From IMG/VR virus record IMGVR_UViG_3300016662_000119, positions 270-64,269 of that record: a DNA stretch of 64,000 nt. The stretch is one strand, 5' to 3'. This document shows, piece by piece, positions 45,426 through 54,357 of this stretch. Each line of letters opens with the position of its first letter. Within the stretch, counting starts at the first letter, position 1. Under the pieces are notes generated by a model, which ran no database searches, was not told where the DNA came from, and saw only the letters and a list, made by a program, of their open reading frames with translations. Made by a program: the position numbers and the translations under genes. This DNA comes from a virus (taxonomy: Duplodnaviria; Caudoviricetes).

Positions 45426-46037
45426 ATGCGCATGAAATATCCCTACCTCACGCTCGCACTTCTGGTGTTTTTTTGCGTAGTCGACATCGTCATACTGGGA
45501 AATCACTTTGAGCTCACGAAATCCGATTGGTCGGGCTGGGTCCAAGCAATCGGTTCTATCGCTGCATTGGGGGTAGCGATATTTGTAATGAGTAGGCAAA
45601 ATAGACATGCTGCACAGTTGCTTATCGATGCCGATAAGCGCGCCCTGCTGCGAAGAGCGGATGCCGTTGGCGCGGTCATGGATCGCGCCCACACGCAGTT
45701 GCCAACTTTCTGTCAAATGATCAATGTGTCGATTGCCATGTCGGATGAAAGACTGATTCGGGCTTGCATGTCCACAGCGACGTTCGGAACGGCGGAGCTC
45801 CAAGTAGCAATTCGCGCAATTCCAGCGCACGAACTTGGTTCGTATGAAATGGTAAGTGGACTCTATAGAACGATAGAGGTATTGAGCGTCTTTGAAACCA
45901 TGGTGGGAAGGTGGTTGCAGGACGCTCAACTCCCAGCGCCCATCACGATCCTTGCATTTCTGACGGTAACCAACAACAGTTGCGAAGAAGCCAAAGCGAT
46001 TTTCTTGCGTGGAGTCGATAAACTCCGAACGGAGTAA
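45426..46037 (+). CDS. Membrane moron, WxQAxGS family copy 2
   Basis: Two TM helices, DWSGWVQAIGSIAAL. Antisense. Confidence 0.8.
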   Translation: MRMKYPYLTLALLVFFCVVDIVILGNHFELTKSDWSGWVQAIGSIAALGVAIFVMSRQNRHAAQLLIDADKRALLRRADAVGAVMDRAHTQLPTFCQMINVSIAMSDERLIRACMSTATFGTAELQVAIRAIPAHELGSYEMVSGLYRTIEVLSVFETMVGRWLQDAQLPAPITILAFLTVTNNSCEEAKAIFLRGVDKLRTE

Positions 46038-46069
46038 AAAGCAACTTTGGATACCCTCCAGATCACGCT

Positions 46070-46474
46070 TCATGGGCGCACCTCGGCAGTCGGCCGGCGA
46101 ACGACCACGACAGGCATTGCGCCCACCGTGCCACGAAAGTGCGGCGTGGCCACCTGGCCAGGTTTTTCTGGCTCGGCACCGAGCAGCGCCGCGCGCGAGG
46201 CGTCTTTCAGCACGTAGCGAATGCCCGCCAGGCGCACATTGCCCTGGATGAAGCGCGAGAAAATCATGCGCAGGCGGTGTTCCATGCCGGCCTCTTCTAT
46301 ATCGAAGCCCGCGCGCTCGCAGATTTGGTAAAAGGTGCCTGGTCCGGCCAGCATCGCCTGCAGCAGCGCATATGAGCGGGAACCCTGCTTCGGGAGCGTG
46401 ACGCCAGAATGGCGGCGCTTTGTCTTATTTACGCTAAAAGTCGGGCGCGGGCTATCGTCAGTTTGGCCAGTCAC
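46070..46474 (-). CDS. Hypothetical protein
   Basis: ORF coupled to the KilA-N gene stop (GTGA). The start is uncertain. Confidence 0.55.
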   Translation of the reverse strand: MTGQTDDSPRPTFSVNKTKRRHSGVTLPKQGSRSYALLQAMLAGPGTFYQICERAGFDIEEAGMEHRLRMIFSRFIQGNVRLAGIRYVLKDASRAALLGAEPEKPGQVATPHFRGTVGAMPVVVVRRPTAEVRP

Positions 46475-47220
46475 AATGCCACCTCCGCCAGGACCGAGTC
46501 GCGCCATTTCACTTGCTGGATGGGCGTGCCGCTGGCATGTGCCTTGCCGGTATCCATCACGTAGGCATGCTCCCTGCCCTTCTCGGTTGGCACCCAGTGC
46601 CCGGCGATGTTCTCTTGCAGGCCAGCCTGCACCAGCAGTTGGTTGAACGCCTTGGCACTCTTAACGAAGCGGCTGCCCAGTTCCGTAGGCGTGTAGTAGG
46701 TCTCCTGGCTGGGCGTGGCCAAGTGCGTGCGTTCCATCAACTGCAGCATGTTCACGCCGGTCAGCGCGGCCGTACCCTGGTTCGCGCTGATAGCCGCAGC
46801 GTTCTTGTCGAGCCCGATCAGGCGCGCAATGCCGAAGATGGCGCGGAATTCCTTGGCAGGCGAGACTGCGCTACGCGCGGGCGCGCCGGTCGGCGCTTGG
46901 CCGGTGGCCACGGCGTCAAAGGTGCGGATGACTTCCAGGTGGAACTTGGCGCTGATCCACATGGCATATGCGTAGACCAGTTCCTTGCAGACGTATGTGC
47001 CTCCCGTCCGGCCCTCGGATTTAACTACAGGAATTCCCGTAGTTTCTAATTCTGCAACAAGCTCCTTGGTTTGCTGATTAATCAGCCACGCGGATGGCTC
47101 GTGACGGCGTTCGCCGCCGGCCGCTTGGTGCAGGTCGTTCAAGCGGAAACGGCCAGCCTGATCTGTTGCAATGGCCGTATTCGCAATGCTGATGCTTTTC
47201 TGTTGTACAATTTGGCTCAT
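46471..47220 (-). CDS. KilA-N domain DNA-binding/antirepressor-like protein
   Basis: RFRLNDLHQAAGG...GGTYVCKELVYAYAMWISAKFHLEVIRTFD. Confidence 0.88.
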   Translation of the reverse strand: MSQIVQQKSISIANTAIATDQAGRFRLNDLHQAAGGERRHEPSAWLINQQTKELVAELETTGIPVVKSEGRTGGTYVCKELVYAYAMWISAKFHLEVIRTFDAVATGQAPTGAPARSAVSPAKEFRAIFGIARLIGLDKNAAAISANQGTAALTGVNMLQLMERTHLATPSQETYYTPTELGSRFVKSAKAFNQLLVQAGLQENIAGHWVPTEKGREHAYVMDTGKAHASGTPIQQVKWRDSVLAEVAL

Positions 47221-47443
47221 AAATTCTCTCAAAGATTTATAGCGTTTCAAGGAAGCCCGCCTGCAAGCGGGCTTTTTTATTGGCCGGCGCGCAGCTCTTC
47301 AAGCATCGCTTCGTAGTGCTGACGCGTCCGGACGTGACCGGGATCGACAGGCAGCGCGCCATCGTGCGACTCTTGCTGGGAGTGACCGCCCTGCTCGCCC
47401 GGCGCTGCGCTTGTGGCGGGCGCCGGCTGCGTGGTCGACCAGG

Positions 47444-47706
47444 TCAAGCCGGCACCCCGGCGCGCGCGATGAGTTTGAGCTCACGGATCGACACGTCGAA
47501 CACCTCGTGCATGCGGATCAGCAGCGAGGCGCCAATTGGCAGGCGGCCGTGGCGAATCTTCGAGATCACGGGCGGCGCCACTTCCAATGCGCGGGCCAGG
47601 CCGCGTCGTTCTTCGGGCCCTTGGCCAGCAGCATGTCGAGCAATTCGTTGTTGCCGTGGGCGTCGTCCAGCGAGCGGTACGGCTTAATTGCAGTTGTTTG
47701 CGTCAT
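47444..47706 (-). pseudogene. Small HTH protein with a one-base frameshift
   Basis: MTQTT...KNDAA in one frame continues LARALEVAPPVISKIRHGRLPIGASLLIRMHEVF in the next. Total length is 263 nt (3n-1). Confidence 0.7.
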
Positions 47707-47782
47707 GTCATATTCCTAATTGATGGTGATTAAAGTTGCCGATTCCGGCCGTGTAATGCTGTAGCTGTCGGGTGCGGGTCCG

Positions 47783-48058
47783 TTATGGAGGCTCGCGCCG
47801 CGGCACCTCGTATTTCTTCGCCACCCTGTCGGTGGCATCGCGCCATTTCTGGCGCGCTTCCTTGTGCGCGGCCTTCGCCGCGCTCTCGCCCTCCCCGTCC
47901 TTGGCGCCCTGCAGGTCTTTCTCGGCCTGGCGGTAGATCATCGAACGCTGGAAGATCAGCTCCTTCTCCTCGGCTGTGACCTCGGCTTGTTTATTCAATA
48001 GCTGCCTCCATGCCGTTAAACCCGCATCCGCACGACGCGCGGGACGACGCCAAAGCAC
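47783..48058 (-). CDS. Hypothetical protein
   Basis: Helical 91 aa ORF in the early right operon. The start is uncertain. Confidence 0.5.
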   Translation of the reverse strand: MLWRRPARRADAGLTAWRQLLNKQAEVTAEEKELIFQRSMIYRQAEKDLQGAKDGEGESAAKAAHKEARQKWRDATDRVAKKYEVPRREPP

Positions 48059-48306
48059 GGGCGCGGTGCCGGCAAAACTTGGGCCCTGTTATTTACTGAT
48101 TTGGGCCTAGCTCCGCTGGAAAACGGCGGCGTATCATTCCGTTTCGGCCTGGCGTCCAGGTGATTGCGGATGATTACGATCGTGCATTCGTTCAGCACGT
48201 CGCTGACGGTCTTGCGCATCGCAGTGCATGCGGCTTGCAAGGCATCCTTGTTGTCGTCAGTGATGTAGCCCTTGACTAGCGCGGTACGTTTTTGCTTCTG
48301 TTTCAT
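48016..48306 (-). CDS. Small basic regulator (CII position, RHH-like)
   Basis: GGAG RBS. KRTALVKGYITDDNKDALQAACTAMRKTVSDVLNE. Confidence 0.55.
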   Translation of the reverse strand: MKQKQKRTALVKGYITDDNKDALQAACTAMRKTVSDVLNECTIVIIRNHLDARPKRNDTPPFSSGARPKSVNNRAQVLPAPRPCFGVVPRVVRMRV

Positions 48307-48510
48307 GGTTTTCTCCTGGTGGTCGGTGTTACAGGGTTTGGGTGCAGCGAAATGCAAGTTGGTACTTGGTGCTGTTTTACGGTGGGCGCTCGCTGGCTGG
48401 CAATGCGCACTCCTCAACCGGCACGCCGCAAGGCAACTGGTGCGGTTCGAGCAGCGGGATGCGCACGAAGTCGTCCGCCGGGCGCGGCGGGGAAATTGGG
48501 ATCAGGCGGA

Positions 48511-48834
48511 TCATGGCTTCGCACCTACGTCGATCCCGACGGCGGCTCGCGCAGGCACGGTATCGAAAATGGCATTGGTAGTCGACGGCTGGCGGCCGGC
48601 GTGACCTGGATCGGCAACAACTAGCTCGGGCCAAATTTTGTGCCAGTCATCAGGGCGAAGCTCTCGACGCGTTACCTTGCCGCCCGTCGTCCCCTCAATG
48701 GCTGGGCAGTGCCGAATCGCGACTGGGCGGATGTTTTCGATCCACTGATGCAGAAGCGCTGGGGAAACGTTAATCGCACGAGCGAATTCAGCTTTCTTCG
48801 TGCCTGACTCGATGAGGTAGTTTTTGAGGTTCAT
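48511..48834 (-). CDS. cro: Cro/YdaS-like repressor
   Basis: KKAEFARAINVSPALLHQW...CPAIEGTTGGKVTRRELRPDDWHKIWPEL. Divergent from cI. Confidence 0.85.
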   Translation of the reverse strand: MNLKNYLIESGTKKAEFARAINVSPALLHQWIENIRPVAIRHCPAIEGTTGGKVTRRELRPDDWHKIWPELVVADPGHAGRQPSTTNAIFDTVPARAAVGIDVGAKP

Positions 48835-48844
48835 GCCGCAATAA

Positions 48845-48904
48845 TAGCATTGCTAGTATTAAAGTCAATAGCATAGCTCGTTGCGATCTTAAATAGCATC
48901 GCTA
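48845..48904. promoter_or_regulatory. OR operator: three TAGCA-N-TGCTA-type palindromes
   Basis: TAGCATTGCTA at 48845, TAGCATAGCTC at 48869 and TAGCATCGCTA at 48894 (24-25 bp pitch). Confidence 0.85.
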
Positions 48905-48914
48905 TACTTCGCAA

Positions 48915-49679
48915 ATGAAAAAAGAACCTAAGGCACTAGAAGATTGGCAGGTGGAAGACGCCCGGCGCCTCAAGGCGCTTTTCGATGCGCGCGAGCCGAA
49001 GATCTCACAGGCTGAATTTGGTGCGCAATACGACATTGGCTCGCAAGGCATGGTGTGGCAGTACGTGGCGGCACGCCGCCCGCTGAACATCAAGGCTGCC
49101 ACGGCTTTCGCTCGTGGCCTGGGCGTGACTGTCGAAGAAATAAGCCCACGAATCGCAAGCGAAATCGCTTCCGCAGCGTCGCATACTAGTTCGGCCGCTG
49201 GCCCTTTTGAAATGCAGGATGCCCGGCCAGTAACTGGTGACGATGACATGGCTCCTCCCATGGTTGCCATTCGGATGGTTCCTGAGCACCTGAGGGCAGG
49301 CATCACCGGTTTTGAAACCGATCATCTTTATGAGGACGGCGGCCACTTGCACGTTCCGCGCCAGTGGCTCGAAGAGAACGACCTCTCGCCGGATCAGCTG
49401 CGCGCCGTGAAGATCAAAGGCGACAGCATGGTACCGATGATGTATGCAGGCGATGTTGCAGTAGTAAATATCAAAGACAAAAGCCGTGTGAGCGGCGGAG
49501 TCTTTGCCTTGAACTTCAAGGGGGAATCGGTGGTCAAGCGGCTTCGATATGATCGTCGCGAATGGTATCTAACCTCTGAAAACCCCGAATTTCAGCATGA
49601 GCCATGCAGGACCGGGGACTGCAATGTCATCGGCCGCGTCGTGCGTTTCGAGCCGCGCAACTTTAAAGATAGGCTATAG
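48915..49679 (+). CDS. cI: CI repressor (HTH plus S24 autopeptidase)
   Basis: N-terminal HTH (ISQAEFGAQYDIGSQGMVWQY), AG cleavage site, and catalytic GDSM and VVKRL. Confidence 0.92.
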   Translation: MKKEPKALEDWQVEDARRLKALFDAREPKISQAEFGAQYDIGSQGMVWQYVAARRPLNIKAATAFARGLGVTVEEISPRIASEIASAASHTSSAAGPFEMQDARPVTGDDDMAPPMVAIRMVPEHLRAGITGFETDHLYEDGGHLHVPRQWLEENDLSPDQLRAVKIKGDSMVPMMYAGDVAVVNIKDKSRVSGGVFALNFKGESVVKRLRYDRREWYLTSENPEFQHEPCRTGDCNVIGRVVRFEPRNFKDRL

Positions 49680-50012
49680 ATGAAGAAAATCATTTTCACG
49701 TGCATCGCTGTCAGTATAGGGGGTACTGCATTCGCTGCCCCCAACGACGCATACTGCTTAAAAATGGGGAAGATGGCTCAATCTGCTGCGCAGGTGATGG
49801 AGGCAGGCGGTACCGAAGAGATGCTGAAGAATTTGCGCATAGCGAGTGCAGCAAAAAACAAGCAAGTGAAAAGTGAAGAGCAGCTGAAGATCGACCAGCA
49901 AAACGAGTCCATGATGGATACTATTGCCAGCTTTGTTTTCACAACCAAACAGGAGTCAAAGACAGCGCGCCTAGTTGTCTATAAAAAGTGCCTTTCCGGC
50001 GACTTTAATTGA
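49680..50012 (+). CDS. Secreted Cys-pair protein B (paralog of 17689..18027)
   Basis: Starts directly after the cI stop. Signal peptide (AFA-AP) and YCL...MEAGGTE...ARLVVYKKCLSGDF. Confidence 0.8.
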   Translation: MKKIIFTCIAVSIGGTAFAAPNDAYCLKMGKMAQSAAQVMEAGGTEEMLKNLRIASAAKNKQVKSEEQLKIDQQNESMMDTIASFVFTTKQESKTARLVVYKKCLSGDFN

Positions 50013-50497
50013 TGATCAGCATACGCTCGCTTGCCTTACTCGGCTTTGCACTCATGCCCGCTTTTACTCATGCCGAGACCTGGCAATTTACCGACGCAGC
50101 AACTGGCCGCGCCTACACCGTCAGCCAGGCCGTGCCGGCTGACGCCTGCAAGCTGCTCAGCAGTACAAAAAATCCGCACTTCACAGGCCCAGCTGTTAGT
50201 GAGCAGCCAGTTCCTGTATCCATGCGTGGGCCGCAGTCCTGCAACAAGATGGCAGCCCAGGAGGTCCAATTAGGCATCCGTGAATTCGCCAAGTCGCACA
50301 TCGAGGGAGATCACCTGGCCGTGCACTGGGTGTACGCAATCGAGCGACAGCCCGAGGCGAAACGCCTGCAGATGGTCACGGCCTATGCTGATATGGATGC
50401 GTGCTTGGGTGGCGCTGCGCGGGAGATCATGTTCTACCGCAAGGGTAAGCTAATGGGGATTGCATCCCCGACAACTGGCGTGCGGCTGGTGATGTAG
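50009..50497 (+). CDS. Secreted hypothetical protein
   Basis: Signal peptide ending THA, three Cys, overlaps the stop of the previous gene. Confidence 0.7.
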   Translation: MMISIRSLALLGFALMPAFTHAETWQFTDAATGRAYTVSQAVPADACKLLSSTKNPHFTGPAVSEQPVPVSMRGPQSCNKMAAQEVQLGIREFAKSHIEGDHLAVHWVYAIERQPEAKRLQMVTAYADMDACLGGAAREIMFYRKGKLMGIASPTTGVRLVM

Positions 50498-50642
50498 TGC
50501 AACAATTAGAGAGATTTCAGGTTGCATATTTATATATAATCAGAATTTCCTCCTAGACACATTATATTGCTGGCTCGAAATAGCCTAATTTAATGGATGA
50601 TATTCGCGCATTCACCTTAATTGGCAAGCATCTCAAGACCCA

Positions 50643-51560
50643 ATGGAACAATCCCCGCAAAAAAATATTGCCAGCATGGCAGCAACGAATATAGCTGACG
50701 CGAAATCAATTCCCAGCCAACCAATTGCGGTACCGTTGTTTGCAACATCTGCATATTTAAGCTTTGCTGAATGGCCAAAAGAGTCGACTGCGGCTTGCGT
50801 ACATGCATGCGAAATTCATCACCCGAGCGCCGGCCGCGTTACTGCATATGCAAAAATGTATCGCGCTACTGTAGGTGGCCGAGGATTGTTAAATGAAATT
50901 TCTGCCTTTATTCTTGGGAGGGCTTTAGGTGCACCAATGGCTGATCACGCCTTTGTTTGCATGATTCCGTTAAGCAGATTATCCTCACCGCCATCTCACC
51001 ATAAATGGATACGAGAGTTACTGGCGAAAAATAAAAATGCAGATTTCCCAGCATTTTGCACTAGTAAAATGGATGGAAGTGATGCAGTCATAGAATACCT
51101 CAGAGCAGGGTCCAAAGTATTTTCCGAAGATATTCGAAAATGGAGGGCGCTACCCCTCGCATCCAGATTTGATCAACATATTTCCAACACAGATCGACAT
51201 CTTGGAAATCTTCGGCGTACTGCCAAGCATACATATAAACTATTCGACCACGGCCGCATTGTGACGGATGATGGCGATTGGATTGCTAGCGACCTCGCCT
51301 CACGGACAGGAAAGAAAAATACTGACAGCCTGCTACTGGAGGCTTGGCCTGATGGCTGTCCCGCTGAAGTTGTTAGTGACATTCTCCTACATCTTGGCTA
51401 TCATGAGACGGCTTTAACTATTGCGCTGCCAGATTTGCGCTGGTGGTGGTCACGCCTTGCTGAACCATCCGATGCGGCAAGCTTTGAAAAATACTTGATC
51501 TATAGAGCCGCGGAGCTCAAGACAATGTATCAGACGGCATACGGCCAGCTACCACTATGA
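50643..51560 (+). CDS. HipA-like (HipA_2 family) kinase
   Basis: beta3 Lys (AYAK), helix-C Glu (LLNE), catalytic loop NTDRHLGN and Mg-binding FDHG. Confidence 0.82.
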   Translation: MEQSPQKNIASMAATNIADAKSIPSQPIAVPLFATSAYLSFAEWPKESTAACVHACEIHHPSAGRVTAYAKMYRATVGGRGLLNEISAFILGRALGAPMADHAFVCMIPLSRLSSPPSHHKWIRELLAKNKNADFPAFCTSKMDGSDAVIEYLRAGSKVFSEDIRKWRALPLASRFDQHISNTDRHLGNLRRTAKHTYKLFDHGRIVTDDGDWIASDLASRTGKKNTDSLLLEAWPDGCPAEVVSDILLHLGYHETALTIALPDLRWWWSRLAEPSDAASFEKYLIYRAAELKTMYQTAYGQLPL

Positions 51561-52444
51561 ACTATGATTTGCTACGAGCAGATGCTCAACATATTCAGCC
51601 TGCGCCAATTCAAGGCGACTGGCAAATTATTCAATTTCAACCCGACTTTACCACGGGCGAAATATTCAATATCGGCGTTATTTTCTTCGAAAAAAGAAAG
51701 AAAACACCCCATGTCAAGCTATTGCCCAGTCTCGCTGGATTTCGATCTATTTACGGAGCAAATGGCGCGGACAACTTCAAATTTCTTCTGCGCCTACTTC
51801 ACGAGCAGTTAGTAGAGCTTCACGAGCTGAGATCGCCAAGCCCGCAAATTATATTTGGTAAAAAAAAATTTACCTCGGGGAATAGTCCACAAGAAATCAT
51901 CTCCCATTTATATAAAAATATGGTCACGTTGGCCAGGGCAAAAGATGAAGCCGAGGATGATGCGAACGGTTTCTCTTCACTAAAGACAGAAGAGTTACGC
52001 AGGCGCGTATTTAAAGCTGCCCAGAAAAAAATGGGAAATGGTTGGTCATCAATATTTCGGAACGATCCAATATCTGTTTCCGATAACCGGGGCATGCGAC
52101 ACTCCCTAGACCTTCCAATCTGGCGTGGTGAGGATCTTTTAAGTGCTCAAATTTATGGGACTATACTATCTGCTCAGTTCAGATCGGATGCCTACCGGTC
52201 AGCTTCCCTTTCGACCGGATATGTTAATTTCAATCAAGCTGCTGAAATTGCAAAATCAGCCAAAGGCGGACTACTGATACTTCGTCCATCAAAAGAAAAC
52301 ACGGCATTTGATGAACAATTGCGCGCAGAGATCGATAACGATATTGATAAAATTACATGGCCATATATCAAACGTAGGGGAATTAAAATTCATGTTGCCG
52401 ATTCGGTCGACGAGTTGGCCAATGCAGCATTAGCCTTGCTATGA
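51557..52444 (+). CDS. DUF3037-like partner protein
   Basis: WQIIQFQPDFTTGEIFNIGVIF N-terminus. ATGA overlap with the kinase gene. Confidence 0.7.
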   Translation: MNYDLLRADAQHIQPAPIQGDWQIIQFQPDFTTGEIFNIGVIFFEKRKKTPHVKLLPSLAGFRSIYGANGADNFKFLLRLLHEQLVELHELRSPSPQIIFGKKKFTSGNSPQEIISHLYKNMVTLARAKDEAEDDANGFSSLKTEELRRRVFKAAQKKMGNGWSSIFRNDPISVSDNRGMRHSLDLPIWRGEDLLSAQIYGTILSAQFRSDAYRSASLSTGYVNFNQAAEIAKSAKGGLLILRPSKENTAFDEQLRAEIDNDIDKITWPYIKRRGIKIHVADSVDELANAALALL

Positions 52445-52464
52445 GTTCGAATTAAATCACCGTC

Positions 52465-52487
52465 AGCTCGCCTCGCGCGGGCTTTTT
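52465..52487 (+). terminator. Terminator after the kinase operon
   Basis: AGCTCGCCTCGCGCGGGCTTTTT. Confidence 0.65.
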
Positions 52488-52545
52488 AGGTTCATCGCAT
52501 TTCCAATCACTTCCATCTTAGCAATATTCGACGCATAATGCATTT

Positions 52546-52824
52546 ATGCAACTATGCGCCGCCATCATCAATATCAAGCAAATTCAGTTGGCCGTGGTCC
52601 AGATCGAGCCGGAGCATACCTGGCCGTCCACTGGCCCGGCCGCCCTGCTCCATGCGCAACGGTTCTTCCCTACCTTGCCTATTTTGCTGCTGTCGCCGCG
52701 TGTCGGCGGCTTCTCGCGCAGCTACTCCACGTTCGACATCGGTCCGCTGATCAGCCAGATCAACGCTGACGAAATCGAATGGCAGACCCACCAGCGCCCA
52801 CCGCCTCCCGAACTACCCTTCTAA
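52546..52824 (+). CDS. Hypothetical protein
   Basis: 92 aa followed by a hairpin and T-tract at about 52837-52862. Confidence 0.55.
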   Translation: MQLCAAIINIKQIQLAVVQIEPEHTWPSTGPAALLHAQRFFPTLPILLLSPRVGGFSRSYSTFDIGPLISQINADEIEWQTHQRPPPPELPF

Positions 52825-52900
52825 GCACGCATACCAGCCTCGACGATTCGGGGCTTTTTTTCGCCTATCGCTGGCCGTTGTTGAAATTTCGCATTTTTAC

Positions 52901-52936
52901 TAGCAATGCTATTGCGCTATTAAAATAGCTTTGCTA
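52901..52936. promoter_or_regulatory. OL operator: two palindromes matching OR
   Basis: TAGCAATGCTA at 52901 and TAGCTTTGCTA at 52926. Confidence 0.85.
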
Positions 52937-52972
52937 TTATCCATTCATCGAAAGCAAACACAGGAGTACGAC

Positions 52973-53062
52973 ATGTCCCCAGCAGAGCTCGCAGCACTCG
53001 AAGCGGTCCTCATCGCCCACGGCGAAGTGATCCCGGCAATCGTCCTTCCAGCGCGCGGCTAA
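52973..53062 (+). CDS. 29-aa first peptide of the pL operon
   Basis: AGGAG RBS. MSPAELAALEAVLIAHGEVIPAIVLPARG. Confidence 0.45.
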   Translation: MSPAELAALEAVLIAHGEVIPAIVLPARG

Positions 53063-53067
53063 TCACC

Positions 53068-53301
53068 ATGAGCGCCCGAGACGCCATCCCCGGCCTTTTC
53101 ACCGCTCCGCCGGCGCGCGCAACGCTGCGCAAGTACAACGTATCGATCAAGTTTGAGGACGGGAATTTTGAAGCAACAGCCTGGGCAGGAAGCCCGAATC
53201 AAGCGCATGAGCTGGCGCGAGTGGATGCGCGCATGGCGTCGTGCAGCGGCACATTTTATGGCCGCGAGCTGGGCTGGACTGCGGAACTGGCAAAGGTTTA
53301 G
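53068..53301 (+). CDS. Hypothetical protein
   Basis: 77 aa in the pL operon. Confidence 0.55.
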   Translation: MSARDAIPGLFTAPPARATLRKYNVSIKFEDGNFEATAWAGSPNQAHELARVDARMASCSGTFYGRELGWTAELAKV

Positions 53302-53446
53302 CGGTCGCCCGCCGCCGTAGGCAAGGCGGGACAGGCCGGCGGGCCGGATAAATGCCCTGTGGGATCAGCATGCCCCGATTGATCTTCGTGAGGATCGGGC
53401 GCCCGGGGAAGCCCGGCGCCACAACCAACCTTGAAGGAAATACAGC

Positions 53447-53626
53447 ATGTCGAATTTCAAAAAAGATCAGAAGGTGAATGTGAAGGGCACGAAAACCGAT
53501 CCAGCGGCGCGCCCGGGCAAGTTCGTGCAGACGCATCCGGGCGTGCGTGGTGACTTCCTGGAAGTGCTGCTGGACGGCTCGACGCAAAGCCAGCGCTTCC
53601 GCCCTTCGCAAGTGTCGGCAGCCTGA
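53447..53626 (+). CDS. 59-aa hypothetical protein (SH3-like beta pattern)
   Basis: Hand-translated with a GAAGGA RBS: MSNFKKDQKVNVKGTKTDPAARPGKFVQTHPGVRGDFLEVLLDGSTQSQRFRPSQVSAA. Confidence 0.55.
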   Translation: MSNFKKDQKVNVKGTKTDPAARPGKFVQTHPGVRGDFLEVLLDGSTQSQRFRPSQVSAA

Positions 53627-53862
53627 TTTTAAGCACGGGCTAGTCGCCCTGGCCCGTCTCGCCGGCGAAACCGGCGGCCAAGACATGACCATCGAATCTG
53701 CCGGGGTGATTGCCGAGCAGGTACGGCCAGATTAATCACCTGGTGTCGGCGTCCCATGAGGGATTCTCGATGGTCATGTGTTGGCGGCCCACCAGCCCCA
53801 GGAATCACACGCCCGACGGATTGACCGGGTCGCCAAAAGCCAATTAACTAGAGGAGCAGGAC

Positions 53863-54003
53863 ATGAGCTACATGATCACCATCCGCACCGGCCCGCGCGC
53901 CGAAGATATCGCGCAATTCGCCGCCATCGGCAACTTGGCCGCGCTGATTGATGCCGCCTACGACGGCGGCGCCCTCGGCGTGACTGCGATGGTGCGGCCA
54001 TGA
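53863..54003 (+). CDS. 46-aa hypothetical protein
   Basis: GAGGAG RBS. MSYMITIRTGPRAEDIAQFAAIG...; ATGA coupling to the next gene. Confidence 0.55.
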   Translation: MSYMITIRTGPRAEDIAQFAAIGNLAALIDAAYDGGALGVTAMVRP

Positions 54004-54233
54004 TCGCCCTCCTCCACCGCCTCCTGGCCGCCCACCGTCACTACCAAGCACAGCACCAGCACCGCATGAACAAGATGCGCCTGGCCGGCGTGCGCCGCGA
54101 GTTGGCCGGCCTCGAAGAAATGCGCAAGGAACTGATCACCGCGCAAATCGAAGCACTGATCGACCTGGACGCATCCGCCGCGCGCGTGCAGCGCCTGGGC
54201 CGCGCCCACCGGGAGGCGCAGTGGACGTCGTAA
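54000..54233 (+). CDS. Hypothetical coiled-coil protein
   Basis: 77 aa ORF. Confidence 0.55.
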   Translation: MIALLHRLLAAHRHYQAQHQHRMNKMRLAGVRRELAGLEEMRKELITAQIEALIDLDASAARVQRLGRAHREAQWTS

Positions 54234-54357
54234 GTCAAGCCGTGATGGACGTGGCCAGCCAGGCCCTGCGCAACTGGCATGCCGGCCACGCCATCGTCTA
54301 CGCCGTCCGCCTGGCGCTGTTGAAGGCAGAAATCATAAAACTAACAAGGAAAAAGTC

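Noticed and set aside
43043-46037. Restriction-modification system around the C5 methylase
   Set aside because: The flanking genes show no endonuclease motifs. An orphan phage methylase is the simpler reading.
41848-46073. Minus-strand ORFs 41848..42639 and 45393..46073 that appear to continue the phage operon
   Set aside because: They overlap the plus-strand membrane morons, which have clear TM architecture and shared motifs. The minus translations have no recognisable features.
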